This document shows, piece after piece, positions 18,808 to 29,233 of a DNA stretch of 64,000 bases. This DNA comes from an uncultured Methanomicrobiales archaeon (GTDB taxonomy: Archaea; Halobacteriota; Methanomicrobia; Methanomicrobiales; Methanospirillaceae): the NCBI GenBank assembly GCA_963697895.1, contig OY969100.1:1376001-1440000 (forward strand). The letters run 5' to 3'. Under the pieces are notes generated by a model. The model did no database searches and was not told the DNA's origin. It was given only the letters and a program-made list of their open reading frames with translations. Every line of letters starts with the position of its first letter. The first letter of the stretch is position 1. Made by a program: the position numbers and the translations under genes.

Positions 18808-19529
18808 AGCAACTTGAGTTGATGAATGCAGGGAAGGCAAAATCGGTGTACCGCACCGATCTTCCGACCGAGCTGGTGATGCAGTTCCGGGACGATATCA
18901 CCGCATTTGACGGAGCAAAAAAGAATGTACTCACCGGCAAGGGGAGGTTCAATGCACAGGTCTCGGCACTTTTCTTCCGGTATCTTGAGTCGAACGGGAT
19001 CCGGACCCATTTCATACGGATGCTTGATGAGCAGACAATGATCGTCCGGGAACTGGAGATGATTCCCCTCGAGGTGATCGTACGGAATATCGCCGCCGGA
19101 TCTCTCGTGAAACAATATCCGTTTACCGAAGGAGAACCCCTGAATCCACCGGTCATCGTCATCGACTACAAAGACGACAAAACCCATGACCCCATGTTAA
19201 ACGACGATCTGATCGTCGCCCTGCATATTCTCGACCATGACGATCTCAACCGGGTAAAGGTCCTTGCCCACCGCATCAACGATCTCCTCTCCGCATTTCT
19301 CATCCGGAGGGGTATCGTGCTCGTGGACTTCAAGCTCGAATTCGGGAGACATGATGGTAAAATATATCTCGGTGACGAGATCAGTATGGATTCCATGCGT
19401 CTCTGGGACAAGGAAACCGGCAGATCCCTCGACAAGGATGTCTACCGGTTCGATAAGGGGGATGTAATCTCGACTTACCGTTTGGTAGCGGAACGAATCC
19501 TTTCATCGCCGCCGGGGGGTGATTCATAA
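18804..19529 (+). CDS. purC: SAICAR synthetase (GTG start overlapping the cofG stop)
   Basis: GKAKSVY, FRDDITAFDG, IPLEVIVRN, LVDFKLEFG, DEISMDSMRLWD. Confidence 0.96.
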   Translation: MKQLELMNAGKAKSVYRTDLPTELVMQFRDDITAFDGAKKNVLTGKGRFNAQVSALFFRYLESNGIRTHFIRMLDEQTMIVRELEMIPLEVIVRNIAAGSLVKQYPFTEGEPLNPPVIVIDYKDDKTHDPMLNDDLIVALHILDHDDLNRVKVLAHRINDLLSAFLIRRGIVLVDFKLEFGRHDGKIYLGDEISMDSMRLWDKETGRSLDKDVYRFDKGDVISTYRLVAERILSSPPGGDS

Positions 19530-19774
19530 TGCGATACACGGTCACCATTACCATCACACTTAAGGACGGGATGCTCGACCCGGAAGCCGAAGCGATCCGG
19601 CATGCGCTGTCAAACCTCGGATTTGATATCGATTCGCTCGGCACGGCACGAAAGTTCCGGTTACAGTATAATGCACCGGATGCAGCTGCGGCACGGGCTC
19701 AGGCGGCACGGATGTGCGAGCGCCTCCTCGCGAACCCGGTCATCCACCGGTACGATATCGAGGTCATGGAATGA
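19529..19774 (+). CDS. purS: FGAM synthase subunit PurS
   Basis: LDPEAEAI and MCERLLANPVI motifs; between purC and purQ. Confidence 0.95.
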   Translation: MRYTVTITITLKDGMLDPEAEAIRHALSNLGFDIDSLGTARKFRLQYNAPDAAAARAQAARMCERLLANPVIHRYDIEVME

Positions 19775-20469
19775 GATTTGCGGTTATCCAGTTTGGGGGA
19801 AGCAACTGCGACCGGGACGCCCAGTTGGTTCTCTCGGGGGTATGCGGAGTTGATACCGATCTTATCTGGTACAAGGAGGGGCTCTCCCGCGGATACGATG
19901 CACTGATCATTCCCGGCGGATTTTCCTACGGGGACTATCTCCGGGCAGGCGCCATCGCTGCGAGGACCCCCGTAATGAAGGAGATCCGTGCCCATGTGGA
20001 AGGCGGCAGGCTCCTGCTCGGGATCTGCAACGGGGCACAGATCTGCGCAGAAAGTGATCTCGTGCCGGGCGTGTTCACAATCAACGCCTATCCGAAATTC
20101 ATCTGCCGGCCTGCCTGCCTCCGGGTGGAGCAGAATGATACTCCGTTCACGTCATGCTTCAGGAGGCATGAAGTGATCCGGCTGCCGATCGCACATAAAG
20201 AAGGACGATATGTGGCGCCCCGAGAAGTCCTCCGGAATCTTGCAGCGGAAAACCGGGTCATTTTCCGGTTCTGCAACCGGGAAGGAGAACTGACCCCCGA
20301 GAGCAACCCGAACGGATCGGTGGATCATATCACCGGAATATGCAATGAACAGAAAAATGTGCTCGCGATGATGCCGCACCCGGAAAGGGCATCGGAATCG
20401 ATCCTTGGATCAGACGACGGAAAGAAGATTTTTGTGTCGATGATCCGGTATATCGAAGAGCACGGATAA
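19771..20469 (+). CDS. purQ: FGAM synthase glutaminase subunit PurQ
   Basis: GSNCDRD, PGGFSYGDYLRAG, GICNG, PIAHKEG, MMPHPER. Confidence 0.97.
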   Translation: MRFAVIQFGGSNCDRDAQLVLSGVCGVDTDLIWYKEGLSRGYDALIIPGGFSYGDYLRAGAIAARTPVMKEIRAHVEGGRLLLGICNGAQICAESDLVPGVFTINAYPKFICRPACLRVEQNDTPFTSCFRRHEVIRLPIAHKEGRYVAPREVLRNLAAENRVIFRFCNREGELTPESNPNGSVDHITGICNEQKNVLAMMPHPERASESILGSDDGKKIFVSMIRYIEEHG

Positions 20470-20510
20470 CATCCTGTCAGAGAGGAAACAGGAACGATGT
20501 GGTGAAAAAA

Positions 20511-20825
20511 ATGGCAGACAAGAGAGAGGATGAGCCCGGAAAGAAGCCGGAACAGGACAATCTCGAAGAAGAACTCCGCGCCTGGGCTGAGAAGTACGCC
20601 CGGGAGCATGGATTTGTCTTAAACCCCGATGACAAACAGCTGAACATCGTGATCCGGGGACTTGCACGGAACATCCGGAAACACGGGGCACAGTACTGCC
20701 CGTGCCGGCTCCGGAGCGGTGACACAGAGACCGATAAAAAGATCATCTGCCCGTGTATCTACCACGGAGAAGAGGTCGAGAAAGAGGGCAGCTGCCACTG
20801 CAACCTGTATTTCAAGAATACGTGA
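20511..20825 (+). CDS. Ferredoxin-thioredoxin reductase catalytic-subunit family protein
   Basis: CPC...CPC...CHC motif (YCPCR, ICPC, GSCHCNLY); GGTGA upstream. Confidence 0.92.
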   Translation: MADKREDEPGKKPEQDNLEEELRAWAEKYAREHGFVLNPDDKQLNIVIRGLARNIRKHGAQYCPCRLRSGDTETDKKIICPCIYHGEEVEKEGSCHCNLYFKNT

Positions 20826-20951
20826 TCTGCAAAACCGTTACCTGCATGAGCAGGAATCAGTGCACTATACCGATTCAGACTCACGGGGACAAAAAATTGA
20901 AGGTACTAACCGGACACCTTTTTTATTGCTTATTCTTTCCCCCGCTTTGCA

Positions 20952-21251
20952 ATGGCATCACCAATCGGATAGAATCAAACAAGGATGGCAATAATGCCGA
21001 TCACCAGGTAACAGAGGGAATTTTGGAAGGCTAAGTTATGGATGCCCCCCGTCACCATAATAGCCCGGCCAAGTTTCTCGTTCCGGATCTGCCGGAAAAC
21101 ATGGATTCCCGGTCTGTTTACTCATAAACGTATCCTCCTGCAAAAGAACCGCGAGTATTCCTATTTTTCCTGCCCTCTCTTGGAGATGGCATCATAAATC
21201 GCATAGAATCCGACAAGGATGGCAATAATATACCCGATAACGGCCAGGTAA
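20952..21251. repeat. Degenerate direct repeat of the ubiB-family gene 3' end (20952-21011 vs 21186-21251)
   Basis: Shared colinear blocks ATGGCATCA, ATAGAATC, ACAAGGATGGCAATAAT, CCAGGTAA. Confidence 0.8.
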
Positions 21252-22810
21252 AAGACAATGTTCGGGAGCCTGACATCGGAGGCAAGGAGCACGAGAGAAG
21301 ATCCCACGACAATGCCCGCGGTAACGAGACCGAGGAGGATCCGGTCGCTCGTCCGGTCGAGAGACCGCTGGAGCTTGGCGATATCGCTGTCCATGAGATC
21401 GATCTTGATGGTACCGGTCGAGAGCGCCCTGAAAGTTTTATTGAGGTTCCGGGGCAGGTCAAAGACCCCGTCGACGGCTTCTTCGAAGGAATGGCGTGCC
21501 CTGTGCCAGAACAGATCGGACATCATCTCTCTTTGTGTCAACCTTCTCGCGTATGGTTCGGCCTCTTCCTTGAAGCTGAAGTCCGGGTCGAGCGTGACCC
21601 CCACATCGAGCACCATGACGAGTACCTTGAGCATCAGCATCAGGTTGGTCGGCACCACGATCTGGTACCGCCGGAGAACTTCCGTGAGGCCATCGGACAT
21701 CCCCTTGAAACTGGTCTCTCCGATATGAGAACCTTCTGATTCCAGCATCGCTTCATAGATTTCATCCCGCAGCTCATCCCGGTCCAGATCCCGGATCGTC
21801 ACCCCGAGTCCTTCAATTCCCTTTAAGATCGGGACCGGGTCCCCCTTGACGAGCCCGTCGAGGAGGCGGATGAACGCCAGGCGCCGCTCCGGGCGTATGA
21901 TCCCGACGATACCGAAATCGAGGAAGACAAGGTTGCCTCCTTTCGTAACGAACAGGTTTCCGGGATGCGGATCTCCATGAAAAAAGCCGTCCTCGAAGAT
22001 CTGTTTCATATACGCATAGAAGCCCCGTTTTGCAATCATCACCGGGTCCACGCCGAATTCTTTTATTTTTGCGACATTATCGACCCGGACACCATCGATG
22101 TACTCCATCACCAGCAGCTCTTTGGTACTGAATTCCCAATAGATCTTCGGGACTTTCACCCCCTCGATCTTCTCCATATCATGCCTGAGGCGGTCCGCAT
22201 TCCGCCCGTCCCTCACAAAATCCAGCTCCTTTCGTATCTGGATGGAGAAATCCTTCACGAGACCTTTCGGGTTATACACCCGGTACTGGGGATAATAACG
22301 CTCGAATCTTTGTGCAAAGGACTCAAGGATAAGGAGATCCGTCTCGATAACATCCCTGATGCCGGGACGCTGGACCTTAAGGACGACAGGTGTGCCGTCA
22401 ATTAATTTCGCAAAATGTACCTGAGAGATGGAAGCGGAAGCGAGAGGTTCCGGATCCACATCCGTAAAGCAGACATCGGGGTCCGGGCAGTTCGCTTCGA
22501 TGACCTTCCTGATCACCTCATAGGGAAGAGGGTTCGCCTTGTCCTGGAGCTTCTTTAATTCCGTGATAAGTTCCGGTGGGAGTATGTCCTGCCGGGTGGC
22601 AAGGATTTGCCCGAACTTGATAAAAGTCGGGCCCAGTTCCTCGATGGCAAGCCGCATGCGCTGGTAAACGGAAGTGATCGGTTCAACCGGGCAGGTCTTG
22701 CATCGTCTGAAACGGTATGTACCGGGAAAGAGCCGCTGGACAACCGAACCGAACTCATATTTCAGGAGGATATCGCCGATCTGCCAGTAACGCCTGAGCT
22801 TGGTCACCAT
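21161..22810 (-). CDS. AarF/ABC1/UbiB family atypical kinase
   Basis: ELGPTFIKFGQ, ASASISQVH, VLKVQRP, FFHGDPHPGN, LDFG; two C-terminal TM helices. Confidence 0.95.
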   Translation of the reverse strand: MVTKLRRYWQIGDILLKYEFGSVVQRLFPGTYRFRRCKTCPVEPITSVYQRMRLAIEELGPTFIKFGQILATRQDILPPELITELKKLQDKANPLPYEVIRKVIEANCPDPDVCFTDVDPEPLASASISQVHFAKLIDGTPVVLKVQRPGIRDVIETDLLILESFAQRFERYYPQYRVYNPKGLVKDFSIQIRKELDFVRDGRNADRLRHDMEKIEGVKVPKIYWEFSTKELLVMEYIDGVRVDNVAKIKEFGVDPVMIAKRGFYAYMKQIFEDGFFHGDPHPGNLFVTKGGNLVFLDFGIVGIIRPERRLAFIRLLDGLVKGDPVPILKGIEGLGVTIRDLDRDELRDEIYEAMLESEGSHIGETSFKGMSDGLTEVLRRYQIVVPTNLMLMLKVLVMVLDVGVTLDPDFSFKEEAEPYARRLTQREMMSDLFWHRARHSFEEAVDGVFDLPRNLNKTFRALSTGTIKIDLMDSDIAKLQRSLDRTSDRILLGLVTAGIVVGSSLVLLASDVRLPNIVFYLAVIGYIIAILVGFYAIYDAISKRGQEK

Positions 22811-22970
22811 GATATCGTGTCAGCCCTGAGCAGAATATTCACGGGGCTTATATTAGTCCCTTTCTATGAGCCCCTGAAATCCAGGTCCTGTTATTCACCG
22901 GACCCGAAAGGGAACCCCTGACGCTTGACATACGGTATGCAATTACCGGTGTCAGGAAACATCTGGTCTG

Positions 22971-23165
22971 TTAATTCCCGCCAGATGCCAGGACCGTGAA
23001 GTGCTTCTTGCACCGTGCACACGTTCCCTCCCGGGTTTCCTTATAGAATGCCTTGGGCATGTTGTACATGATCGAATTTTCCCATTGACAATCAGGACAG
23101 GTGAAATGGATACCATACCCGATTCTCGTCCCGATAACCGTAGGTTTTAAGGCAGTTTCTGTCAT
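22971..23165 (-). CDS. Small putative zinc-ribbon protein (64 aa)
   Basis: CPDC and CARC pairs; the upstream in-frame extension to 23369 looks non-coding. Confidence 0.7.
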   Translation of the reverse strand: MTETALKPTVIGTRIGYGIHFTCPDCQWENSIMYNMPKAFYKETREGTCARCKKHFTVLASGGN

Positions 23166-23511
23166 TATGTTAATCCTTTGATGCCGTTTTATGAGAGATT
23201 GAAACATCTTCCAATCCGGGTTTTTGCGAAATTCCGGTACAATAAGATCTCCGTCTGGCATATGTTCCCTGATGGAATCGGTTATTACTCCTATTCCATC
23301 AAAAACAATATTTCCACCCAGATTTTTTCTGATTATACTATAATAGGCGGTCCAGGCGTATATGTTCATAGGGTGATCCCGGTTTTTGGCTGCACTTCCT
23401 GATTATGCTGCCGGCGGAATACCCGGTGCTCATGTAGTCCGGGCAGCTGTTCGTATCATCAGGCCCTTACGCACGATCACACCGGTACACCGGGAGAATG
23501 GTAATCCACCA

Positions 23512-24999
23512 TCACCGTCTTCTTCTCGGCGGAGGACCAATCCGTTCAAAGTCGATGAAACCGTTATATGGATCGGTCCTTATCAGGCGAACGGTGACCT
23601 TCTGCCCCACGATGAGCCCTTGTTCGCCCTGTATGACCCTCCCTTCGGCCGGGGGGGTGATCAGCCTCACATAGGTCCCCTTATCCGCGGCACCCGTAAC
23701 CAGTCCATCGAAGGATTCGCCTATCCGGTCCTTAAGGAGGACTGCTGCCGCAGCCTTCCGCATGAAACGCTCGGCCTTCTGGGAGGCCTTCTCCCGGCCG
23801 GTCAGCCAGCCGGAGAGATCCTCCAGTTCTTCGGTCGAGTAGGGGACGGTTTTCCCGTCGAGGACCGCTTTCAGGAGCCGCTGGTTGATGATGTCCACAT
23901 AGCGCCGGTTCGGGGCGGTAGAATGCGTGTAATCCATGACCGCGAGGGCAAAGTGGCCGATTGGAACAGTACCCGGTGCAAATGCGACGTATTCACCGGC
24001 CCCCATCAGTTTCACGATCGTCAGCGACAGGTCAGGGAACCGCTCGGGATCGGCTATTTTTTGGCGGTCAAGGAACTCTGCCAGCGCCTTTGAATCAGGT
24101 TCGGCAGGCAGGTGCACCCCGTATTCCGCAGCCGTCTCCACGATCCCTTCCCAGTTTTTCGGTACCCGGACGATTCGCTGGATCAGGGGAATACCTGCTT
24201 CGCCCAGACGGTTCACCATGGTCTGGTTGGAGGCGACCATGAACTCCTCGATAATGGACCGGGCAATGTTCTGCCGTTGTACAACGAGGTCCCTCACCTG
24301 GCCGTCTTCCACGACCGCCTCCGGCTCAAGGGTCTCGAGATCGAGCGCCCCCTGCTGCATGCGGGACGTTCTCAACCGATGGGCGGTCTCTACCTGAAGA
24401 GAGATCTGTTTTTCCAGTCCGGCAACCTCACGGACCACCCGGGGTACCGGCCCGGTCCCTTCCAGCCACATCCCGAGACCATCATAAACCAGTTTCGCCT
24501 TGTTGCTGACAAGGGCCCGGTAGATTTCACCGTGGCGGACAGTTCCATCCGGAAAGACCGTGTACTCGACGATCACGGCCCTGCGGTCCTCACCCGGCAG
24601 GAGGGAGGATATCCCCTTGGAGAGCTGGTCCGGCAGCAGGGGAAAGGTCTCGATCCCCAGGTATACCGATGTCCCGTTATGGGCGGCGTGACGGTCGGTC
24701 TGTGAATCCCGGGGAACGAAGAGATCGACGTCAGCGATCGCGATCTTCACCCGTATATCCCCGTCAGGGCCGGATTCACAGTATTCCAGCTGGTCGAGAT
24801 CCATCGAATCGGCATTATCGATGGATGACCAGAGGAGCGATCGCAGGTCCCGTACGTGTTCCAGGCCGGCGGTTATCTTCTTCGCATCTATTTCGCTTAC
24901 TTCCCGGAATACAGCCTTGGGGAACCGGGGTTCGAACCCGTACCTTTCCATGGCAGTCCATGCGATCGCTTTCAGGTCAACGGTGCGTGGATTATTCAT
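23512..24999 (-). CDS. RNB-domain exoribonuclease (RNase II/R family)
   Basis: SIDNADSMDLDQ, AIADVD, IIEEFMVASN, GHFALAVMDYTHSTAPNRRYVD; C-terminal S1-like domain. Confidence 0.93.
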   Translation of the reverse strand: MNNPRTVDLKAIAWTAMERYGFEPRFPKAVFREVSEIDAKKITAGLEHVRDLRSLLWSSIDNADSMDLDQLEYCESGPDGDIRVKIAIADVDLFVPRDSQTDRHAAHNGTSVYLGIETFPLLPDQLSKGISSLLPGEDRRAVIVEYTVFPDGTVRHGEIYRALVSNKAKLVYDGLGMWLEGTGPVPRVVREVAGLEKQISLQVETAHRLRTSRMQQGALDLETLEPEAVVEDGQVRDLVVQRQNIARSIIEEFMVASNQTMVNRLGEAGIPLIQRIVRVPKNWEGIVETAAEYGVHLPAEPDSKALAEFLDRQKIADPERFPDLSLTIVKLMGAGEYVAFAPGTVPIGHFALAVMDYTHSTAPNRRYVDIINQRLLKAVLDGKTVPYSTEELEDLSGWLTGREKASQKAERFMRKAAAAVLLKDRIGESFDGLVTGAADKGTYVRLITPPAEGRVIQGEQGLIVGQKVTVRLIRTDPYNGFIDFERIGPPPRRRR

Positions 25000-25228
25000 G
25001 ATGTCGAAAAGAGATTCGTTTCAGGGCATAAATATCCCATGATACCAAAATGTCGGTTTCGTGGCCCTCATTGGATGAACCAATGTACTCCTCATACCCA
25101 ATGGCCGATGTTACACGGACACCCTCGTCCGACTTTTCATCGGGCATTTTGACAGGAATCCAAATTTAAAGACGCTTGTCGGGAGTGACCCCGCCAGGGA
25201 AATGAATGGTCAAAAGGCAGAATTACGG

Positions 25229-26914
25229 CTACCGGTGGCAAAAGTAGGCGCATATACGATTGCCTGATACGTCATCGATCCGGGCGAACCCGACACGCTC
25301 GAACTGCACCACCGCATCGGCCTCCCGGACAACACCCGGCTCGCAGACACCCTGCACGTCTCCCTCCGGTTTCCGGAGCGTGCACGGCAGTGCACAGTCG
25401 ACCGGCAGCCACTGGATGATCGGTGCCTTGCATGCCCTCGCGTCGGCCAGGGCGTCCCCGGCATAGGTGAAGACGGGAATTTCCCCTTCAAGGGATATCC
25501 GGACATTGAAAAGGTCCTTTAACCGGATCATCCCCGGGCCCTTTTCGATCTCCTCTGCCGGCACGAGGACCGTCCCCGAAAAGGGGAGCACCCGGACGCC
25601 CCGCTGCGGGTTCCCGGGGTGGAGGAGGGCATGTGCCTCGTGGCAGGGGGCGTCCCGGACAGACACCGCCACCGGGTCCGGCACAAAGAAGAACCGGTTC
25701 GCAACCGGGTCCACGATCGCCCGGTTTCGTGCATAGAGGTTGTCCCAGGAGAACGAGATATCGGTGTCCCCGGTCCCGATATCGAGCATCGCGTTCCGGA
25801 CGGCTTCCGGCTCGATCCCCCGGCGGGCAAGCGCCCGGAGCGTGCCGAGCCGGATATCATCCCATCCGGTATACGTTCCTTCTGCAATTCCTGCCCGCAT
25901 CTGGGAGGTGGAGAGGACGACCCCCTCGATCCCCATCCGGCCGTAGTGGATGTAGTGGGGCACCGTCCACCCGAAATAGTCAATGATGTACCGCTGGCGG
26001 CGGGTATTGGCGATGTGGTCCTTGCCCCGGATCACATGGGTGACCCCGGTAAGGTGGTCGTCCACCGCGACCGAGAAGTTCATGAGCGGGTAGACCTCGG
26101 CATCCAGCCGGGGATGGATCGGTGCCTTCAGGATCCGGAAGATCGGAAAGTCCCGCATCGCCGGGTCGGGATGTTCGAGTTCCGTCTTCACCCGGACGGA
26201 TGCCTCCCCTTCGTAGAACTCCCGGTCAAGCATCCGCTGCCAGAGGCCGAGGTCCTCCTCGACCGTCTTCCCTCGGCAGGGACATGCCTTACTCCCCAGT
26301 TTCAGCTCCCGGAACTGCTCGTTCTCGCAGCTGCAGACATAAGCGCCACCGAGCTCGATCAGCTTACGGCAAAATTTATAATAAAAATCAAACCGGTCGC
26401 TCTGGTAGATGACCTCGGTGATACCGAGCTCAAGCCAGGCGATATCTTCCTGCACCATCGCATATGCTTCGGGATCCACTCTTTTTGGATCCGTGTCCTC
26501 GATCCGGAGGATGTAGCGGCCGCCGTACTCACGCACGTAGGCATCGTTCAGGACTGCGGCCCGTGCATGGCCGAGATGGAGCGGCCCGCTCGGGTTCGGG
26601 GCAAACCGCATGACCACCCCGCCTTCAGCTGCCGGGAGTGCCGGCAGTTTCCGCTCCGCCCGCTCGTGCTTCTCCTCGTGCACGAGATCGGGGGCGAGTG
26701 TTTTCAGTGCCACCTCCCGCTCCTCCTCTGAAAGAGCACCTACCCTGGCAAGTACCTGGTCGAGAACTTTCCTGACCTCGGGGGCACGGGAACGGAGTTC
26801 CGGGTGTGCACCCATCACCATGCCAAGGACCGTCCCTGCCTTCGGCAGGCTCTTATATCTCACCGCATTCTGGAGCGCGGAGACTAAAAGGATCTCCCAC
26901 AGGTCAGCTGCCAT
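25229..26914 (-). CDS. gltX: Glutamate--tRNA ligase
   Basis: RFAPNPSGPLHLGH, RIEDTDP, THVIRGKDH, VLSTS, QFERVGFARID. Confidence 0.97.
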   Translation of the reverse strand: MAADLWEILLVSALQNAVRYKSLPKAGTVLGMVMGAHPELRSRAPEVRKVLDQVLARVGALSEEEREVALKTLAPDLVHEEKHERAERKLPALPAAEGGVVMRFAPNPSGPLHLGHARAAVLNDAYVREYGGRYILRIEDTDPKRVDPEAYAMVQEDIAWLELGITEVIYQSDRFDFYYKFCRKLIELGGAYVCSCENEQFRELKLGSKACPCRGKTVEEDLGLWQRMLDREFYEGEASVRVKTELEHPDPAMRDFPIFRILKAPIHPRLDAEVYPLMNFSVAVDDHLTGVTHVIRGKDHIANTRRQRYIIDYFGWTVPHYIHYGRMGIEGVVLSTSQMRAGIAEGTYTGWDDIRLGTLRALARRGIEPEAVRNAMLDIGTGDTDISFSWDNLYARNRAIVDPVANRFFFVPDPVAVSVRDAPCHEAHALLHPGNPQRGVRVLPFSGTVLVPAEEIEKGPGMIRLKDLFNVRISLEGEIPVFTYAGDALADARACKAPIIQWLPVDCALPCTLRKPEGDVQGVCEPGVVREADAVVQFERVGFARIDDVSGNRICAYFCHR

Positions 26915-26915
26915 C

Positions 26916-27887
26916 TCAGGCGCCCCGGGTGATGAAGTAATCTCCGATCTGCTTTAAAAGGTCCTTTTCTTCTGAATCGGGAAGTATCGAGATGTTTTGT
27001 TTTCCTGTCTCGACCAGCCCGGATGCAACATCCCGCACCGCCTCGATCACCCCCAGTGCCTGAAGTTCCCGGATAATCCGGTCGATCTCCGCATCCGAGA
27101 GCTCACGCCGGAACGGGGAGAGATCGAGTCCGGCCTCACGTGCTTTGATGCTGATCAGGGTCTGTTTACCCTCCCGGAGATCAGATCCACGGTCTTTCCC
27201 GCTTTTTTCCTCGGCCGCCTGCAGGTCGATCAGGTCGTCCTGGATCTGGAAGGCCATACCGGTATTCAGCCCGTAGTAATAGAGCGCCTCCACCTGGCCA
27301 GGAGTTCCCCCGGCAAGTATCCCGCCGATTCCGGCTGATGCGGCATAGAGAACCCCGGTCTTCTTCCGGACCATATCCAGGTATTCACCCGGGGTAACAT
27401 CGTCCCGCCCTTCAAAGGACATGTCCAGGTGCTGCCCCTCGCATATCTCCACACAGGTCCGTGCGAGCATGGATACCGCCCTGATTTTTGCGTTGTCAGG
27501 TGCCGAGCTGAGCGAGAGGAATTCGAATGCTGACGCATACAGTACATCCCCCGCGAGGATCGCCGTCGGTTCATCCCATTTGGTATGGACCGTCGGGACG
27601 CCCCTCCGGACCGCGTCGGCGTCCATGATATCGTCATGGATCAGCGTGAAACTGTGGGTGAGTTCAAGCGCCAGCGATGCGGGCAGGATATCAGAGGAAC
27701 TCCCCTTCCTGACCGCGTCGGCCGCAAGCAAAACCACTGCCGGTCGGAGACGCTTTCCCCCGGCAAGGAGCAGGTGTGCACTCGCCCGTCCGAGCTCGTC
27801 ACAGGGAACTCCAAAGTACCGGTAAAGGAGTTTGTCCACCAGATCGGCGGTTTGTTCCAGATAGGTCCCGAGATCCATGCCTCTCAC
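26916..27887 (-). CDS. idsA: Geranylgeranyl diphosphate synthase (short-chain polyprenyl synthase)
   Basis: GGKRLRP, LIHDDIMD, GQHLD, KKTG, FQIQDD. Confidence 0.93.
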   Translation of the reverse strand: MRGMDLGTYLEQTADLVDKLLYRYFGVPCDELGRASAHLLLAGGKRLRPAVVLLAADAVRKGSSSDILPASLALELTHSFTLIHDDIMDADAVRRGVPTVHTKWDEPTAILAGDVLYASAFEFLSLSSAPDNAKIRAVSMLARTCVEICEGQHLDMSFEGRDDVTPGEYLDMVRKKTGVLYAASAGIGGILAGGTPGQVEALYYYGLNTGMAFQIQDDLIDLQAAEEKSGKDRGSDLREGKQTLISIKAREAGLDLSPFRRELSDAEIDRIIRELQALGVIEAVRDVASGLVETGKQNISILPDSEEKDLLKQIGDYFITRGA

Positions 27888-27891
27888 CTGT

Positions 27892-29230
27892 TCATTTGAG
27901 TTTTATCCGCTGCCCGTTGGTCATGATGTGGACATCGTTATGGAGGGTGTATCCGCTTTCCGCGGTAAATTCCGCGTAAGCCGAGGTCATCCGGATGTTC
28001 CCGTGGGCAGGGATGATATGCTGCGGGTTTAACAGGTGGATGAACTCATAATGGTCTTCCCGGTATGCATGCCCGCTGACATGGAGGTCTGAATGGATCC
28101 GCGCCCCGGACATGCCGAGGTGGGCTTCAACCATGTACCGCTGCCCGACATTCATCGGGTTCGGGATCACCTTGGCACTGAAGATGACCTTGTCCCCCTT
28201 TTCCACTTTATAGGGTGTATCGCCGAGTACCACCCGCGTCAGTATTGAGCCGGGTTCGCCCTGGTGACCCGTGACGATAGGCAGGAATTTTTCCTTTCCC
28301 ATCTTCATCATCCGGCGCATGGTGCGGTCAACCGTGCGCCGGTTTCCAAACATGCTCATCGTTTCGGGGAATGCCACGAGTTTCATCTGTTCCGCGGTGG
28401 AACTGTATCGTTCCATCGATCTCCCGAGAAGAATGGGTTTTCTCCCGATCTCGTGAGCACATTCGGCAATCGTCTTCACCCGAGCGATATGGGACGAGAA
28501 CGTGCTGACCAGGATGGCATTTTTATCATCCTCATAACTGGTGATCGTATCCCTCACGAGATCCCGGGCAATCCGCTCGCTGGGTGCCCGCCCCTTATTA
28601 TCGATATATGTACTCTCCACGATCAGGGCGAGGACCCCCTCCTTTCCGATCTGTCTTAACCGCTCAAAATCCGGCGGGTCGCCGATGACCGGTGTCCGGT
28701 CCAGTTTGTAGTCGCAGGAATAGACAATCGCCCCGTGTGGCGTGTGCAGGACGACTGTTGCGGTATCGATGATACTATGTTGCATCCGTACAAATTCAAG
28801 GGTCAGGCTGCGGGGAGAGCGTGTACCGCTGCCCGGTACGTAACGCAAACAGTTTATTGTTCACCCCGAATTTCTGCTCGCCCGCAATCTGCTGCCTGAT
28901 CAGCTCCGTGGTATAGGGGGTGCTGATGATTGGTGCATTATACCGGTGCGCCAGTTTCGGGATCGCCCCGATATGGTCAAGATGTCCGTGGGAACAGACG
29001 ATTGCCTTTACCGTTCCCTCGACCGTATTCATCATCGTGTCGTCGGGGATCGCCTTCATCTGGATCAGGTCCAGGGAGTGCATATTCTCCACTTCAGCAT
29101 CCTCGTGGATCATCACCTGGTCCAGACGGAGCCCCATATCTATGATGACAATCTCTTTCCCGCAGCGGACGGCGGTCATATTTCTCCCGACCTCGTCGTA
29201 TCCCCCCACTGCCACTATTTCAATATCCAT
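27892..29230 (-). pseudogene. rnj: RNase J family beta-CASP ribonuclease, split by a one-base frameshift near 28812-28815 (probably a sequencing error)
   Basis: [12 protein letters not shown] and SHGHLDHIG in the 5' ORF; QHSIID, DYKLD, TGHQGEP, LHVSGHA and IPAHG in the 3' ORF. Confidence 0.9.
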
Positions 29231-29233
29231 TCT

